Virus record (IMG/VR): IMGVR_UViG_3300013005_000001 | Location: 1-64,000 of that record | DNA length: 64,000 bases | Strand: one strand, 5' to 3' | Shown here: piece by piece, positions 22,750 to 32,753 of the stretch | Numbering within the stretch: the stretch's first letter is position 1 | How the letters are laid out: every line of letters starts with the position of its first letter | Translations under genes and position numbers: made by a program | The notes under the pieces: generated by a model | The model's database searches: none | Told to the model about the DNA's origin: nothing | Seen by the model: only the letters and a program-made list of their open reading frames with translations

Positions 22750-23451
22750 ATGTCTGTTGAAAATAAGACTATAGAAGTATTAGATAAGGGTTATGTAAGA
22801 CTTGTAGATAGAATGGGTAGTGACCTATCTGTGGTAAATGCTGCTAGAGCATCTTTTGCTAAAGAGTCACATGAGCTGTCAAAAAGCGATGCAAGACTTA
22901 TAGACTTTTTAGCTAGAGAAAATCATATGTCTCCATTTAGACATGCATTTGTCACACTAGAATTTAAAGCTCCCTTGATGGTTGCTCGCCAGCATTGGAA
23001 GTATGTTGTCGGATCAGACCATACTATGGATTCTTGGAACGAATCTTCAAGAAGATATATAACTATGGATCCTGAGTTTTATATTCCAAAAGTTGAAGAA
23101 TGGAGACTGGCTCCAGAAGACAAGAAACAAGGCTCACACGGCCTGGCAGACCCCTTTGTGGGCTCTCTGCTGACAGACGCCCTAGCTAGACACGCAGAGC
23201 AGGGTGAGGCCTTGTACAACATGGCTATGGACAATGGGATAGCGCCAGAGCAAGCTAGACTATTCTTGCCTGCATATTCTATGTATGTAGTATATAGATG
23301 GTCATGCTCTCTACAGTCTGTCATATTGTTCTTGTCCCAAAGACTGGCGGAAGAATCACAGTTTGAAATACAAGAGTACGCTAAGGCTATAAGGGAAATA
23401 GTAGAACCACTATTCCCGATAAGCTTTAAGTCTTTATTGACGGGACATTAA
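22750..23451 (+). CDS. thyX: FAD-dependent thymidylate synthase
   Basis: VVNAARASF, HMSPF, APLMVARQ, SWNESSRRY, APEQARLFLP, SQFEIQEYA. Confidence 0.9.
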   Translation: MSVENKTIEVLDKGYVRLVDRMGSDLSVVNAARASFAKESHELSKSDARLIDFLARENHMSPFRHAFVTLEFKAPLMVARQHWKYVVGSDHTMDSWNESSRRYITMDPEFYIPKVEEWRLAPEDKKQGSHGLADPFVGSLLTDALARHAEQGEALYNMAMDNGIAPEQARLFLPAYSMYVVYRWSCSLQSVILFLSQRLAEESQFEIQEYAKAIREIVEPLFPISFKSLLTGH

Positions 23452-23457
23452 ACTAAG

Positions 23458-23625
23458 ATGGTATTAAACATAATTGTTTCCCTACTTTTTGCCGTACTGA
23501 TTAATTGGTCAAGTGGCTTACAATTTGCATCTCAAATTGAAAAGAATAATAGAACAAGATTCATAATGCTTGGTGCATCAATTGCATTAGCTTTTATATG
23601 TGGTCTTATATTGTCAATGGTCTGA
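23458..23625 (+). CDS. Small two-TM membrane protein (55 aa, not in ORF track)
   Basis: MVLNIIVSLLFAVLINW...FIMLGASIALAFICGLILSMV; fills the gap between genes. Confidence 0.5.
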   Translation: MVLNIIVSLLFAVLINWSSGLQFASQIEKNNRTRFIMLGASIALAFICGLILSMV

Positions 23626-23654
23626 CTTTATTAATAAGAAAGTTATATAAACAA

Positions 23655-24281
23655 ATGCCAGAACTTAACGCTAACGTTCCAATGATTGAATGTTATGTAA
23701 GAGGAAACTTTTTGAGAGATCAGTTAGATTCTCATGGTAAATATTTTCCTTGCATGATTTTTGGGGTAACAAGCATCCAGGGAAGAAGTCCTCTGTTTCA
23801 CTTCTTAATGGAGGATGGTGGCATTTGGTGGCGCATGCCAATAAATGCTTTCTGCGAAAGACCAGGTGTTCCTGAAGTCGATATTCACGAACTTGTTCTT
23901 TGGAACTCTTTTAGTCCACACATAGCAGTTACCGAATTCCAAGCAATGAGAAACATGAGAATGAAGTATGTAAGTAGGTCTGGTGAGTTTGTTGATACAA
24001 AGTATCTATTCACTCTTGACTGGCATGCTCCTGATGATAACACCATAAACCTTGGGTTCAGCACAAACCCTGGTCAGCACAAATGCGGTCACGTCATGCT
24101 TAGAGACGATGGGAACTATGCAATACAGCCAAATAATAGAGTTAGATTATTCGATCCATCCTTTACAACTAAAGAAGGAAATCTTATTGATAGGTTTGTT
24201 AATACTAGAAAATGGGATGTCGAAGATGCAAATAAGTGGAAAACATCTGACGACAATAGATATCATTATGATATTAAATAA
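23655..24281 (+). CDS. Conserved phage hypothetical protein
   Basis: MPELNANVP...HKCGHV...GNYAIQPNNR; resembles a widespread aquatic-phage family; start moved to ATG 23655. Confidence 0.55.
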   Translation: MPELNANVPMIECYVRGNFLRDQLDSHGKYFPCMIFGVTSIQGRSPLFHFLMEDGGIWWRMPINAFCERPGVPEVDIHELVLWNSFSPHIAVTEFQAMRNMRMKYVSRSGEFVDTKYLFTLDWHAPDDNTINLGFSTNPGQHKCGHVMLRDDGNYAIQPNNRVRLFDPSFTTKEGNLIDRFVNTRKWDVEDANKWKTSDDNRYHYDIK

Positions 24282-24299
24282 TCAATAGGATTACTTGAT

Positions 24300-24767
24300 A
24301 TGTCTTATGGTGCAAAAGATAAAAAGTATATGCAACTGTGTATTGAAACAGCTAAGATTTTTTCTACATGTGCAAAAAAACAATACGCAGCAGTCTTAAT
24401 AGATGACAATAATCATATTGTTAGTGTAGGTTACAATGGTGGGCCAAGCGGTTTTGATCACTGTAAAGACGGTGGGTGTCCTAGACTGAGCGATAATTCA
24501 CAAGCTGGATCGAATTATGATAACTGTATAGCAATTCACGCAGAGCAAAATGCTCTTCTTCATTGCGATTACAGTTCAAGTCCAAAAAAGATGTTTGTCA
24601 ATGGACCCCCATGCTTCACATGTGCTAAAATGATAGCCAACAGTACAGTAAAAGAAGTATACTATCTAGTAAACTCTGAGTATAAAGATTGGGATAACGT
24701 TTATAATTTTCTGCAGAAGTGTGGAGTATCTTTAAATGGAATAGAAAAATGGCAGCTGGAAAATTAA
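24300..24767 (+). CDS. dCMP deaminase
   Basis: GYNG, HAEQNA and PCxxC zinc motifs. Confidence 0.88.
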   Translation: MSYGAKDKKYMQLCIETAKIFSTCAKKQYAAVLIDDNNHIVSVGYNGGPSGFDHCKDGGCPRLSDNSQAGSNYDNCIAIHAEQNALLHCDYSSSPKKMFVNGPPCFTCAKMIANSTVKEVYYLVNSEYKDWDNVYNFLQKCGVSLNGIEKWQLEN

Positions 24768-24985
24768 ATTATATTGTTACATATGAGGGGTTGAGCCAAG
24801 TATTTGGTTGCGCCTCAAAGAAGATTGCACTAGAATCGCCACCACCAGAAGGGTATTCTCTAAAGCATAAAAAAGTGTTGTTCATTACATTTGAGCCGGA
24901 TAAAAATAACCTTTGTGTTTATCCAGTTCCACAAGAAGAGGTAATGGGCGCAGAAATAAAGAGCAAGAAGCAAAGTGATGAGTAA
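24749..24985 (+). CDS. Hypothetical protein
   Basis: MAAGKLNY...; overlapping operon packing. Confidence 0.5.
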   Translation: MAAGKLNYIVTYEGLSQVFGCASKKIALESPPPEGYSLKHKKVLFITFEPDKNNLCVYPVPQEEVMGAEIKSKKQSDE

Positions 24986-25217
24986 AAAATTAAATACAAA
25001 GAAAAAAGTTAATGTAAAAGTACTTCCAGGGCAAGCAGTATATGTTGCTGACATGGAGAGATTTGATCATATAATTTCCATGTATGATTCTATGGCTAAA
25101 AATTCTGTAGATAAAGAAGAAAAAAGATCTTGGCTGCAGATAGCAGATGAGATTAGATTGCACGTCAGAGAAACATATTTTAGTCCGGAAGAAGATTATG
25201 CAGATGAAAAATGGTAA
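24978..25217 (+). CDS. Hypothetical protein
   Basis: ORF track; operon packing. Confidence 0.5.
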   Translation: MSKKLNTKKKVNVKVLPGQAVYVADMERFDHIISMYDSMAKNSVDKEEKRSWLQIADEIRLHVRETYFSPEEDYADEKW

Positions 25218-25482
25218 GTATACAAAGACAGTTATAGTTTCTTTTTTGATAGGGGCTTTATTAGCTAACGTATCATTTAGAAAAAAGTCTTTACAAAAAG
25301 ATGAAGTTAATTGGATGCAGTACCTAAATAGACTTCAGGAATTTTGTCTCTATGACCTAGACGGTGCTAAACAAGAATTTGTTTCTTTAATAAATTCTGG
25401 AGCAAACTATGAAGAAGCGTTTAACTTAACGCTTATTTCTAAAGCTCATAGAGAAATGGTATTGGGGGAAACTCATGATTGA
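25198..25482 (+). CDS. Hypothetical protein with N-terminal TM helix
   Basis: 'TVIVSFLIGALLANVSF'; start uncertain. Confidence 0.45.
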   Translation: MQMKNGKYTKTVIVSFLIGALLANVSFRKKSLQKDEVNWMQYLNRLQEFCLYDLDGAKQEFVSLINSGANYEEAFNLTLISKAHREMVLGETHD

Positions 25483-26290
25483 TTTATGTGTTGTAAATTA
25501 TAATACAAGAAAACTGTTGCAGAGATTTTTGGATACTCTACACTCAGACGTCTATAATCCAAATGGTGCGCTCGTAAAAAACTGGAACCTTTATATCATG
25601 GACAATGATTCTACAGATGACTTTGTTCCTTGGTTAAGAGAGAACGAGGAACGCTATCTAATCGATAGAACTTTCCTAAGAAAGAATATAGGTTATTCCT
25701 CTGCAATTAACTACATGGCTTCTAAGAGTAGCTCAGAGATAGTTGGAGTATTGAATGGTGATGTTTGGATGACCAGCGAAGACTGTTTAAATATAGAAAA
25801 AGCATTTGCCAATAATCCAAACATTCATATACTTGGACCAAAGCAAAGAGACGAGTATGGTTATATAACTCATGCAGGAATAGTTGGAACCAACACGCAG
25901 CCTAAGCATAGAGGCTGGCGAGAGCATGATCCGCAAGACTCTCTCTATAAAGATCAGATTGATTGCGTTACAGTATCGGGATCTGCTTACTTCGTAAGAA
26001 GAGATGTATGGGATGATATGACTAATAATAAAAAGTATCGAGAACTATACCCTGATGCAATAGGAGCTTTCCTGCCAACGCCACACTACTATGAAGAAAC
26101 TTGGTGCTCTTACTTTGCAAGACACCTAGGTTATAACGTAGTATACGATGGGTCGATATCGATTGGCCATAGTTGGCATGCATCAACGCCAAAGCCAGGA
26201 GAAGGAATTAGTCACGCAGACAAGTACTTCCCTATAAGTAGAGAAATTTTTAGAAAAGCATGTGATCACATAGGAATAGAAAGAGATTAA
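25475..26290 (+). CDS. Glycosyltransferase family 2
   Basis: VVNYN, DNDSTDD, NIGYSSAIN, LNGD, YYEETW, IGH motifs of the GT2 fold. Confidence 0.85.
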   Translation: MIDLCVVNYNTRKLLQRFLDTLHSDVYNPNGALVKNWNLYIMDNDSTDDFVPWLRENEERYLIDRTFLRKNIGYSSAINYMASKSSSEIVGVLNGDVWMTSEDCLNIEKAFANNPNIHILGPKQRDEYGYITHAGIVGTNTQPKHRGWREHDPQDSLYKDQIDCVTVSGSAYFVRRDVWDDMTNNKKYRELYPDAIGAFLPTPHYYEETWCSYFARHLGYNVVYDGSISIGHSWHASTPKPGEGISHADKYFPISREIFRKACDHIGIERD

Positions 26291-26291
26291 A

Positions 26292-26693
26292 ATGACAGAT
26301 AAATTAAACCCTTGGATATATAACGCAGAAGTTAAAAAAATAGTTGATGGAGATACATTTGATATTCTTATTGACCTAGGATTCGATACCTTTAGAAAAG
26401 GTAGGGTAAGACTATACGGAATTAATACTCCAGAGAGTCGCACTACCAATCTGGAAGAAAAGAAAATGGGCTTGGCCGCTAAAGAATTTACAGATCAGTG
26501 GATTACTGCTGCTGGTCATAAGATTAAAATAGAAACAATTATTGATAAGAACGAGAAATATGGAAGAATACTTGCTAGAGTATGGAATGAAGCAGGAGCT
26601 TGTCTAAATACAGACATAGTTTCTGCTGGCTTAGCTAGAGAATACTTTGGTGTAGGCGACAAGACATTCCAGGAATTCAAGAAAGAAAAGTAA
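26292..26693 (+). CDS. Thermonuclease (staphylococcal nuclease-like)
   Basis: VDGDT, RVRLYGINTPE, KYGRILA. Confidence 0.85.
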   Translation: MTDKLNPWIYNAEVKKIVDGDTFDILIDLGFDTFRKGRVRLYGINTPESRTTNLEEKKMGLAAKEFTDQWITAAGHKIKIETIIDKNEKYGRILARVWNEAGACLNTDIVSAGLAREYFGVGDKTFQEFKKEK

Positions 26694-27097
26694 TGCAAAC
26701 ATTTTTACCATATCCTGATTTTGTGCAATCAGTAAAGGTTTTAGACTACCGTCGGTTGGGCAAACAAAGAGTAGAAACATTCCAGGTCCTTAACATATTG
26801 ATGGAAAGAACCCCCACTAAGGGTTGGCGCAATCATCCAGTTACAAGAATGTGGACTGGATATGAAGAAGCTTTAAAGTTGTATCAAAACTATACTATTC
26901 TTGAATGGATAGATAGAGGTTATAAAAATAATATGAAGTTTGAAGACGTAGATCATTCTTCAATAATATACCCTTCTTGGTTTGGCGAAGATGTATTTCA
27001 TAGATCTCATAGATCTAATCTTCTTAGAAAAGATTATGAATATTACTCTAAATATTTTGACGAGCCATCAAACCTAGAGTACCATTGGCCAGCATGA
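26693..27097 (+). CDS. Pyrimidine-dimer DNA glycosylase / MSMEG_6728-like protein
   Basis: MQTFLPY, LDYRRLGKQRVE, GWRNHP..MW.GY, HRSHRSNLLRKD. Confidence 0.82.
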   Translation: MQTFLPYPDFVQSVKVLDYRRLGKQRVETFQVLNILMERTPTKGWRNHPVTRMWTGYEEALKLYQNYTILEWIDRGYKNNMKFEDVDHSSIIYPSWFGEDVFHRSHRSNLLRKDYEYYSKYFDEPSNLEYHWPA

Positions 27098-27498
27098 GTA
27101 TTACAGTGTATTTGGCAGGTGCCATGGATTATGTTGGCGATTATGCAAAAGGGTGGAGAAAAGAAGCGACCTTTATGTTGTCTCAGCGTGGGTACAAAGT
27201 GCTGGATCCAACCTCCATACCTGAAGGCAACAACATGTCTCCGGAAGAAATCGTGCAAAAAAATCTTTTCATGCAGAAGAAGTCTGATATACTTTTGGTT
27301 GAGTATATGTTAGAAGATCGTGCGTACATAGGAACTGACTACGAAATGGCCTGGGCTAAAATGCATGATCAGCCAACGATAGTAATGTGTTCTAATCAAA
27401 ATAAAGATCGCCCATACATGAAGTATATGTCAACTAAAATTTTAGAAAACATAGAAGATGCCATAGAATATATAACTATTCATTATCCAATTAATTAG
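27094..27498 (+). CDS. Nucleoside 2-deoxyribosyltransferase-like protein
   Basis: VYLAGAM...WR...LDP...SD...GT.YE..WA. Confidence 0.7.
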   Translation: MSITVYLAGAMDYVGDYAKGWRKEATFMLSQRGYKVLDPTSIPEGNNMSPEEIVQKNLFMQKKSDILLVEYMLEDRAYIGTDYEMAWAKMHDQPTIVMCSNQNKDRPYMKYMSTKILENIEDAIEYITIHYPIN

Positions 27499-27507
27499 GG
27501 TACAAAT

Positions 27508-28218
27508 ATGAAAAAATATTTAGCTCCTGATTCCGGTGGATGGTCTAAAATTAATGGAGTATGGGTTGAGGATACTGATGATCTTTATATACATGACATA
27601 GATTTTCAAGTTAGAAAAGAAGGTTCTTTTAAAGTCACTGTTGACGGCTTTCCAAGACAAGGTAACAGATACCTTAGAAGAAAGATTCTATTAGCTTTTC
27701 CAGATTCTGCTATGCCATTCCCCTTGTGTCATAAAGAAGTAGCCTTTAAAGAGGCAATCAATAATAATCATTTTGTATTTTCTACTTTTAGAGATCCTCT
27801 TAAGAGTGTTAGTTCTTATATATCTGAATTTATTGTCCACAATAATGTGAACGGAATTTTAAATCCTTTAAAAGATTATATTTATACTGAGGATGATTAT
27901 TATTATATAGAAAAATGTTTTTTATTTTATATTAGAATGACAGATTTTATATATAATAATATTAAAGATATCTTTGTTGTTCCATTTGATTCTATTGTTG
28001 GCGATAAAGATAATTCTTTAACAATATCTATCTCTAAATTTTTACCTCCTACAGAATATGTAGATCCTTACAAAGTAGAGCCTCATTCTAGTCGCGACAT
28101 GAAAATGCAAGAATATCTTATGACCCCTAGGTTTAATGATATAATGAAATTAGCTTATAACTCTTACGATAGAGTTGTAGGATTGTATACTACTAATAAA
28201 GATAGGTTTATCTTATGA
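27508..28218 (+). CDS. Sulfotransferase-like protein
   Basis: GFPRQGN (5'-PSB loop-like) and FRDPLKSVSS (3'-PB-like) motifs. Confidence 0.5.
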   Translation: MKKYLAPDSGGWSKINGVWVEDTDDLYIHDIDFQVRKEGSFKVTVDGFPRQGNRYLRRKILLAFPDSAMPFPLCHKEVAFKEAINNNHFVFSTFRDPLKSVSSYISEFIVHNNVNGILNPLKDYIYTEDDYYYIEKCFLFYIRMTDFIYNNIKDIFVVPFDSIVGDKDNSLTISISKFLPPTEYVDPYKVEPHSSRDMKMQEYLMTPRFNDIMKLAYNSYDRVVGLYTTNKDRFIL

Positions 28219-28958
28219 TAATATTAATTATAGGTTTGCCGGGAGCTGGCAAAACAGCGCTAGCTACTCAATTGGCAGCTAAGACTAACTCAATCCACAT
28301 CAACGCTGATGTGGTAAGAGCTGATCTTAGCTCTGATCTTGGCTTCTCTATAGAGGACCGCATAGAACAAGCGAGAAGAGTTGGGGCTATTGCCAGACTT
28401 ATTTCTGATCAAGATAGAGATGTCGTAGTTGACTTCATATGTCCTACAGAGGCTACAAGAGAATCTTTTGGTCACGCCGATAAAATTATATGGGTAGATA
28501 GAATAGATGAAAGTCAATATAAAGATACTAACGCTATATGGCAAGATCCAATAAATTATGACATTAGAATAAAGCGACATCTTACTATTGAACAAGAAGT
28601 TGACTTTGTTATTGATCGATTTAAGCTCGTAGACTGGACTAAACCAACTACGTTGCTACTTGGTCGTTACCAGCCTTGGCATGATGGGCATTCTGCTCTC
28701 ATGAGCGAGGGATTAAAGAGAACTAATCAAGTTGTGATAGGTGTTAGATCTAGCTACAAGACTTCCGAGAAAGATCCTTTTACTTATCCCGAAGTTAAGC
28801 AGTTTATTGAGTCAAAAGAAACTAATCCTTTTGTATTGCAATTTCCAAACATTACCAATATAATTTATGGTAGAGATGTTGGATACAAAATAGAAAAAGT
28901 TGATCTTTCTCCTGAACTTCAATCTATATCTGCTACAGCTATTAGATCTAAATTATAG
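28215..28958 (+). CDS. APS-kinase-like P-loop domain fused to an HxGH nucleotidyltransferase domain
   Basis: GLPGAGKT, NADVVR..L..DLGFS.EDRIE, DFICP; C-terminal GRYQPWHDGH...DPF...ISATAIR. Confidence 0.75.
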   Translation: MIILIIGLPGAGKTALATQLAAKTNSIHINADVVRADLSSDLGFSIEDRIEQARRVGAIARLISDQDRDVVVDFICPTEATRESFGHADKIIWVDRIDESQYKDTNAIWQDPINYDIRIKRHLTIEQEVDFVIDRFKLVDWTKPTTLLLGRYQPWHDGHSALMSEGLKRTNQVVIGVRSSYKTSEKDPFTYPEVKQFIESKETNPFVLQFPNITNIIYGRDVGYKIEKVDLSPELQSISATAIRSKL

Positions 28959-29060
28959 TCTAAAAATAATACTGCTCATAAGTTGATATCGCAAGTGCTC
29001 GATGATATACTTACAGACGTTACATTAACAGGCGAAAGCCATAAATAAAAGGAAAACAAA

Positions 29061-29252
29061 ATGTCAGACAATAAGTTCAAATATTTTGCTGTTACAACAA
29101 CCAGCTTGGTCAAGGCCAACAATAAGACAGAAGCACAAAAAGTAGCCATGGGTCGCCGTGGATCAGATGGAGAGCTTCTGTTTAAGTCAACAGAAATTGA
29201 GCGCATTTCGTCAGTAGAAGCACGTGAGCAATTAGAAGAGTTCACGGCCTGA
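29061..29252 (+). CDS. Small hypothetical protein
   Basis: SD AAGGA; 63 aa; followed by terminator. Confidence 0.6.
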   Translation: MSDNKFKYFAVTTTSLVKANNKTEAQKVAMGRRGSDGELLFKSTEIERISSVEAREQLEEFTA

Positions 29253-29265
29253 TATTAAGTATCTT

Positions 29266-29304
29266 AAGTGGAGGGTTGGGGTTTCCTAACCCTCCACTTT
29301 ATTT
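29266..29304 (+). terminator. Intrinsic terminator
   Basis: AAGTGGAGGGTTGGG / CCTAACCCTCCACTT stem then T-rich tail. Confidence 0.7.
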
Positions 29305-29317
29305 ATAAAGAGGAAAA

Positions 29318-30004
29318 ATGTTAATAGCACAAATGGTCGGAAAAAATGAATCGGGAAGATTCTTAGATAAAGTACTTGAAAGACTATCTACTCAAGTAGA
29401 TAAGATAGTATTTACTGATGATTGTTCAGAAGATAATACAGTACAGATTGCTTCTAAGTACGCAGAGGTTTTTAGTAGTAGTGAAACAATGTTCGAAAAG
29501 CATGAGGGTCACCTTAGACTTAATGCTTGGAAAAACCTAGAAACAGTAGCCAAAGAAGGCGACTGGATTATTGCAATTGATTGCGACGAGATGTTATTCC
29601 ATGAAGATGGTGTAGAGATTAAAAAAGTTTTACAGTCAAATCCTTATGATGTCGCTAATGTTAGGTTCTATCATATGTGGAATGAAACTCAGTATAGAGT
29701 TGACAAATTATGGGCCCCAAATAACAGCTCTAGAATTTTTAGATATAAAAATAGTGGCACATTCTTAGACAAGAAGCTTGCCTGTGGTTCTGAGCCAACC
29801 TATGTATTTGATTGGTTAAAACAAAAAAACTACTGGGTTCATTCAGGTTTAATGATGCAACATCTTGGTTACGCTAGAGATGAAGATAAGGTAATTAAAC
29901 ATAAAAGATACATGTCCATAGACAAAGGCGAATTCCATAACATTCAACATATTGAGTCTATCGTAGATCCTAATCCCGTACTAGTAAATTGGAATTTAAA
30001 ATGA
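29318..30004 (+). CDS. Glycosyltransferase family 2
   Basis: KNE..L, TDDCSEDNT, IDCDE (DxD), HLGY. Confidence 0.8.
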   Translation: MLIAQMVGKNESGRFLDKVLERLSTQVDKIVFTDDCSEDNTVQIASKYAEVFSSSETMFEKHEGHLRLNAWKNLETVAKEGDWIIAIDCDEMLFHEDGVEIKKVLQSNPYDVANVRFYHMWNETQYRVDKLWAPNNSSRIFRYKNSGTFLDKKLACGSEPTYVFDWLKQKNYWVHSGLMMQHLGYARDEDKVIKHKRYMSIDKGEFHNIQHIESIVDPNPVLVNWNLK

Positions 30005-30678
30005 AAACATACAACACTAAAGAAACTATAATAAAAGTAACAGACCTTATAGAAAAGAAAAAAAGATTTGCTTTTGTATCATATACAAGATCCTCATTTT
30101 TCTCTATACTTGGGGATATCAAAGGCGACAAAAAACCACCAAAGAATTTTGTTCAATCAATACTTACAAGCATTACTTCTAATGATCCACAATACATTGC
30201 AGGAATACAAGCTGACTTTATTTACTCACAACAGGACAAACTTAGTAAAGTTGGCCTAAAAGACAAAGTATTCTATGACTCATGCTTTCTTGAGAACTAT
30301 ATCAATGAAGACTATGACGTATTTAAAACGTTTATGCAGTATTATTTTAAACACAATAAGGTATTAGTTATTTCTTTCCAGCATAAATCAAATATTGGAA
30401 AGTTTTTTTCCAAAGACTCTGCATTTATACAGGTACCATACAATGACTTTTATGATAAGATAGACTCGATTCTAGCTCAGGTATCTGAGTTCGATGGAGA
30501 ATATCAGATGTGCATTCTTGATTGTCCAATGTTTGCTTCCGCTATAGCTCCTAAGCTTTGGGAAAAAACAAAGATGTCAATCTTAGACCTTGGAAAAACA
30601 CTGACTGTAGCACGAGCATTTGATAGAAATAAAGAGGGCGGACTTGAAGAAAAAATGGGAAGAACACCAAGACGATGA
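30001..30678 (+). CDS. Possible GT-D-fold glycosyltransferase-like protein
   Basis: Next to GT2; C-terminal 'ILDLGK' and overall layout reminiscent of the GT-D fold. Confidence 0.35.
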   Translation: MKTYNTKETIIKVTDLIEKKKRFAFVSYTRSSFFSILGDIKGDKKPPKNFVQSILTSITSNDPQYIAGIQADFIYSQQDKLSKVGLKDKVFYDSCFLENYINEDYDVFKTFMQYYFKHNKVLVISFQHKSNIGKFFSKDSAFIQVPYNDFYDKIDSILAQVSEFDGEYQMCILDCPMFASAIAPKLWEKTKMSILDLGKTLTVARAFDRNKEGGLEEKMGRTPRR

Positions 30679-31288
30679 TGAGTTTCTTAAAGATCTATTG
30701 TTTGAAAGTAATTTATCTTTAACTCAGATAGCTGCCGAACTATCACTATCAGTTGCTAATTTAAATAAAAGAATAAAACAACTAGGTCTTTCTTGGATAA
30801 AAGAAAAGAATAAAAAGATGTCAAGAGGCCAAACAGCTTTGACTCTAGTTATGAAAAAACTTTTACCAGGAGAAGAAATTGTCAACGAGCATCACTTAGG
30901 TGATAAACTTAGGTTAGATGTATACTGCCCAAAGTACAATCTCGCTGCAGAATATCATGGTAGACAGCATTTCTTCTACACTCAAAGATTCTTTGACACA
31001 ATATATGAGTTTGAAGAAGCGCAAAAAAGAGATGTAAAAAAGATGCAGATGTGCAAGGACCTGGGTATAGCTCTTATTGTTTTTAGATACAACGATAACC
31101 TATCAGAAGAGTCAGTATATGATAGAATGTTACAGGCTATAAAAAGCGCACCAGATATGCCAGCACGTGTTGAAAAAAGAACACTAAAAAATAATCAATT
31201 CTACCTAGAGGCAAAGAAAAAGAACTCTGAAAGTAGAAAAGATTATTATAAAAAAATGAAAGAAAAAAGAAAACAAGATGGAATCTGA
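30620..31288 (+). CDS. HTH plus PD-(D/E)XK/Vsr-like endonuclease
   Basis: LSLTQIAAELSLSVANL HTH; LRLDVY...AAEYHGRQH...KRD..K...C...GI.L; true start may be TTG 30644. Confidence 0.7.
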   Translation: MIEIKRADLKKKWEEHQDDDEFLKDLLFESNLSLTQIAAELSLSVANLNKRIKQLGLSWIKEKNKKMSRGQTALTLVMKKLLPGEEIVNEHHLGDKLRLDVYCPKYNLAAEYHGRQHFFYTQRFFDTIYEFEEAQKRDVKKMQMCKDLGIALIVFRYNDNLSEESVYDRMLQAIKSAPDMPARVEKRTLKNNQFYLEAKKKNSESRKDYYKKMKEKRKQDGI

Positions 31289-32747
31289 ACTAGATACGGA
31301 ACAAAAAGAGAAAGAATTTCCAGTTGAGTATCAGATATTTGCTCTTTCACTTAGAGAAAAAGATGCGATAAGTTTTTTTGATGCCTTTCTTCCTGAAGAT
31401 ATTGTGGGCACAATACATGGTCAAACTGGAATAAATGAATTCTATAAAGCTCTCCTTGCTTATCATCATACGACGAAGCTAGATATAGTAGACCCTATAG
31501 CTTTTAAGGTATGGTTAGACTCAGAAACAGATATCTATTCTGCATTGGGTGGAGCCTCTGGCGTTACAGTAATGATGGACATTCTAATGTCCATAGATCT
31601 ATCTACTCCTGAATCTATCACTAAGCTTGTAAAGCACAAAGCTAATAAGAGAAAGCAACTAGACTCTCTGCAGGAGCTTCAGATCTTGATCACTCAAAAG
31701 GGTGAAAAGAATGAAAAAGACATATCTAGAATAACTCAAATCACTTCTGATATCAAAGATCTTGAAGGCGAATTAAACTATAATCCTTTAGATAATGTTA
31801 CTACCGCTAATGACATATCCAAAAGAGCAGAAGATCTACTGGAAATACCAAACTTTCTGCCCACACAATATAAATCTTTAAATAGAGCCATGGGCTACAC
31901 TGATGAGGGCGGATTCTTTAAGGGCGCAGTTCATGCTATAATTGCAGGTTCAGGAAAAGGAAAGAGTACATTTGCAAAGTGTTTAATCAATCACTGGGCA
32001 GACACCGGATATAGAGTTCTATATGTAAATTTTGAAGAGGCAATTTCTCACTGGGAAAGAGTCTTGATGACTCAAATAATTGGCAAGAATGTCTATAAAG
32101 AGTCTGGTACTTGGAATGAAGAACAAAAAAATAAGTATCTTAAAATTTTTAGAGATAAATTAGATCAATGGGGCGATAGGTTTATGGTTAGACATGATCC
32201 AGACACTCCTTATTTTGAAGACCTAGAAAGATGGCTAAGAGACATCATGGGAGATGCTGATCGCGTCCCAGATGTGATTGTAATAGATACTATCCAGTCC
32301 ATGTTTACCAAAGGTGGAAAAGGAAAACCTCGTTGGGGTGAATTTGAAGAAATGATGGTTCGCTTAGAGAAGCTAGCTAGAGATATGAACTGCGTTCTAA
32401 TTATCACTGCCCAAGAAAACTCAAATAGAATGAAAGAAAAAAGAGAAGTAGTTCAACAGTCTGACACTGGTGGCTCATTAGCTATACAACAAAAGTGTGC
32501 CGTTACAATATTCATTACAGATAAAAAGCTAGTTAGCGGTGATGATTCAGAAGATGAAAATGTGATGCAGCTGCAGATACCAAAGAATAGAATTACGGGA
32601 TCTACTTTTGTATATGATTCTCCTTTAGTGAAATATGTAGACGAAAGAAAAACATATGAAGAATATGAAGCAATCACCCAAGAAAGCTATAACCAAGATT
32701 CAGATTTTGATGTCAGCGATATAGTTGATTCAATGAGCGTTATTTAG
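31278..32747 (+). CDS. DnaB-like replicative helicase
   Basis: Walker A GSGKGKST, NFEE, VIVIDTIQ, AQEN, KNR. Confidence 0.85.
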   Translation: MESELDTEQKEKEFPVEYQIFALSLREKDAISFFDAFLPEDIVGTIHGQTGINEFYKALLAYHHTTKLDIVDPIAFKVWLDSETDIYSALGGASGVTVMMDILMSIDLSTPESITKLVKHKANKRKQLDSLQELQILITQKGEKNEKDISRITQITSDIKDLEGELNYNPLDNVTTANDISKRAEDLLEIPNFLPTQYKSLNRAMGYTDEGGFFKGAVHAIIAGSGKGKSTFAKCLINHWADTGYRVLYVNFEEAISHWERVLMTQIIGKNVYKESGTWNEEQKNKYLKIFRDKLDQWGDRFMVRHDPDTPYFEDLERWLRDIMGDADRVPDVIVIDTIQSMFTKGGKGKPRWGEFEEMMVRLEKLARDMNCVLIITAQENSNRMKEKREVVQQSDTGGSLAIQQKCAVTIFITDKKLVSGDDSEDENVMQLQIPKNRITGSTFVYDSPLVKYVDERKTYEEYEAITQESYNQDSDFDVSDIVDSMSVI

Positions 32748-32753
32748 GAAGTT

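Noticed and set aside
30620-30678. Overlap containing GAGGGCGGAC as a further C-skip fusion site
   Set aside because: The CGG is not in frame in either gene, both proteins look complete, and TTG 30644 with upstream GAGG explains the overlap.
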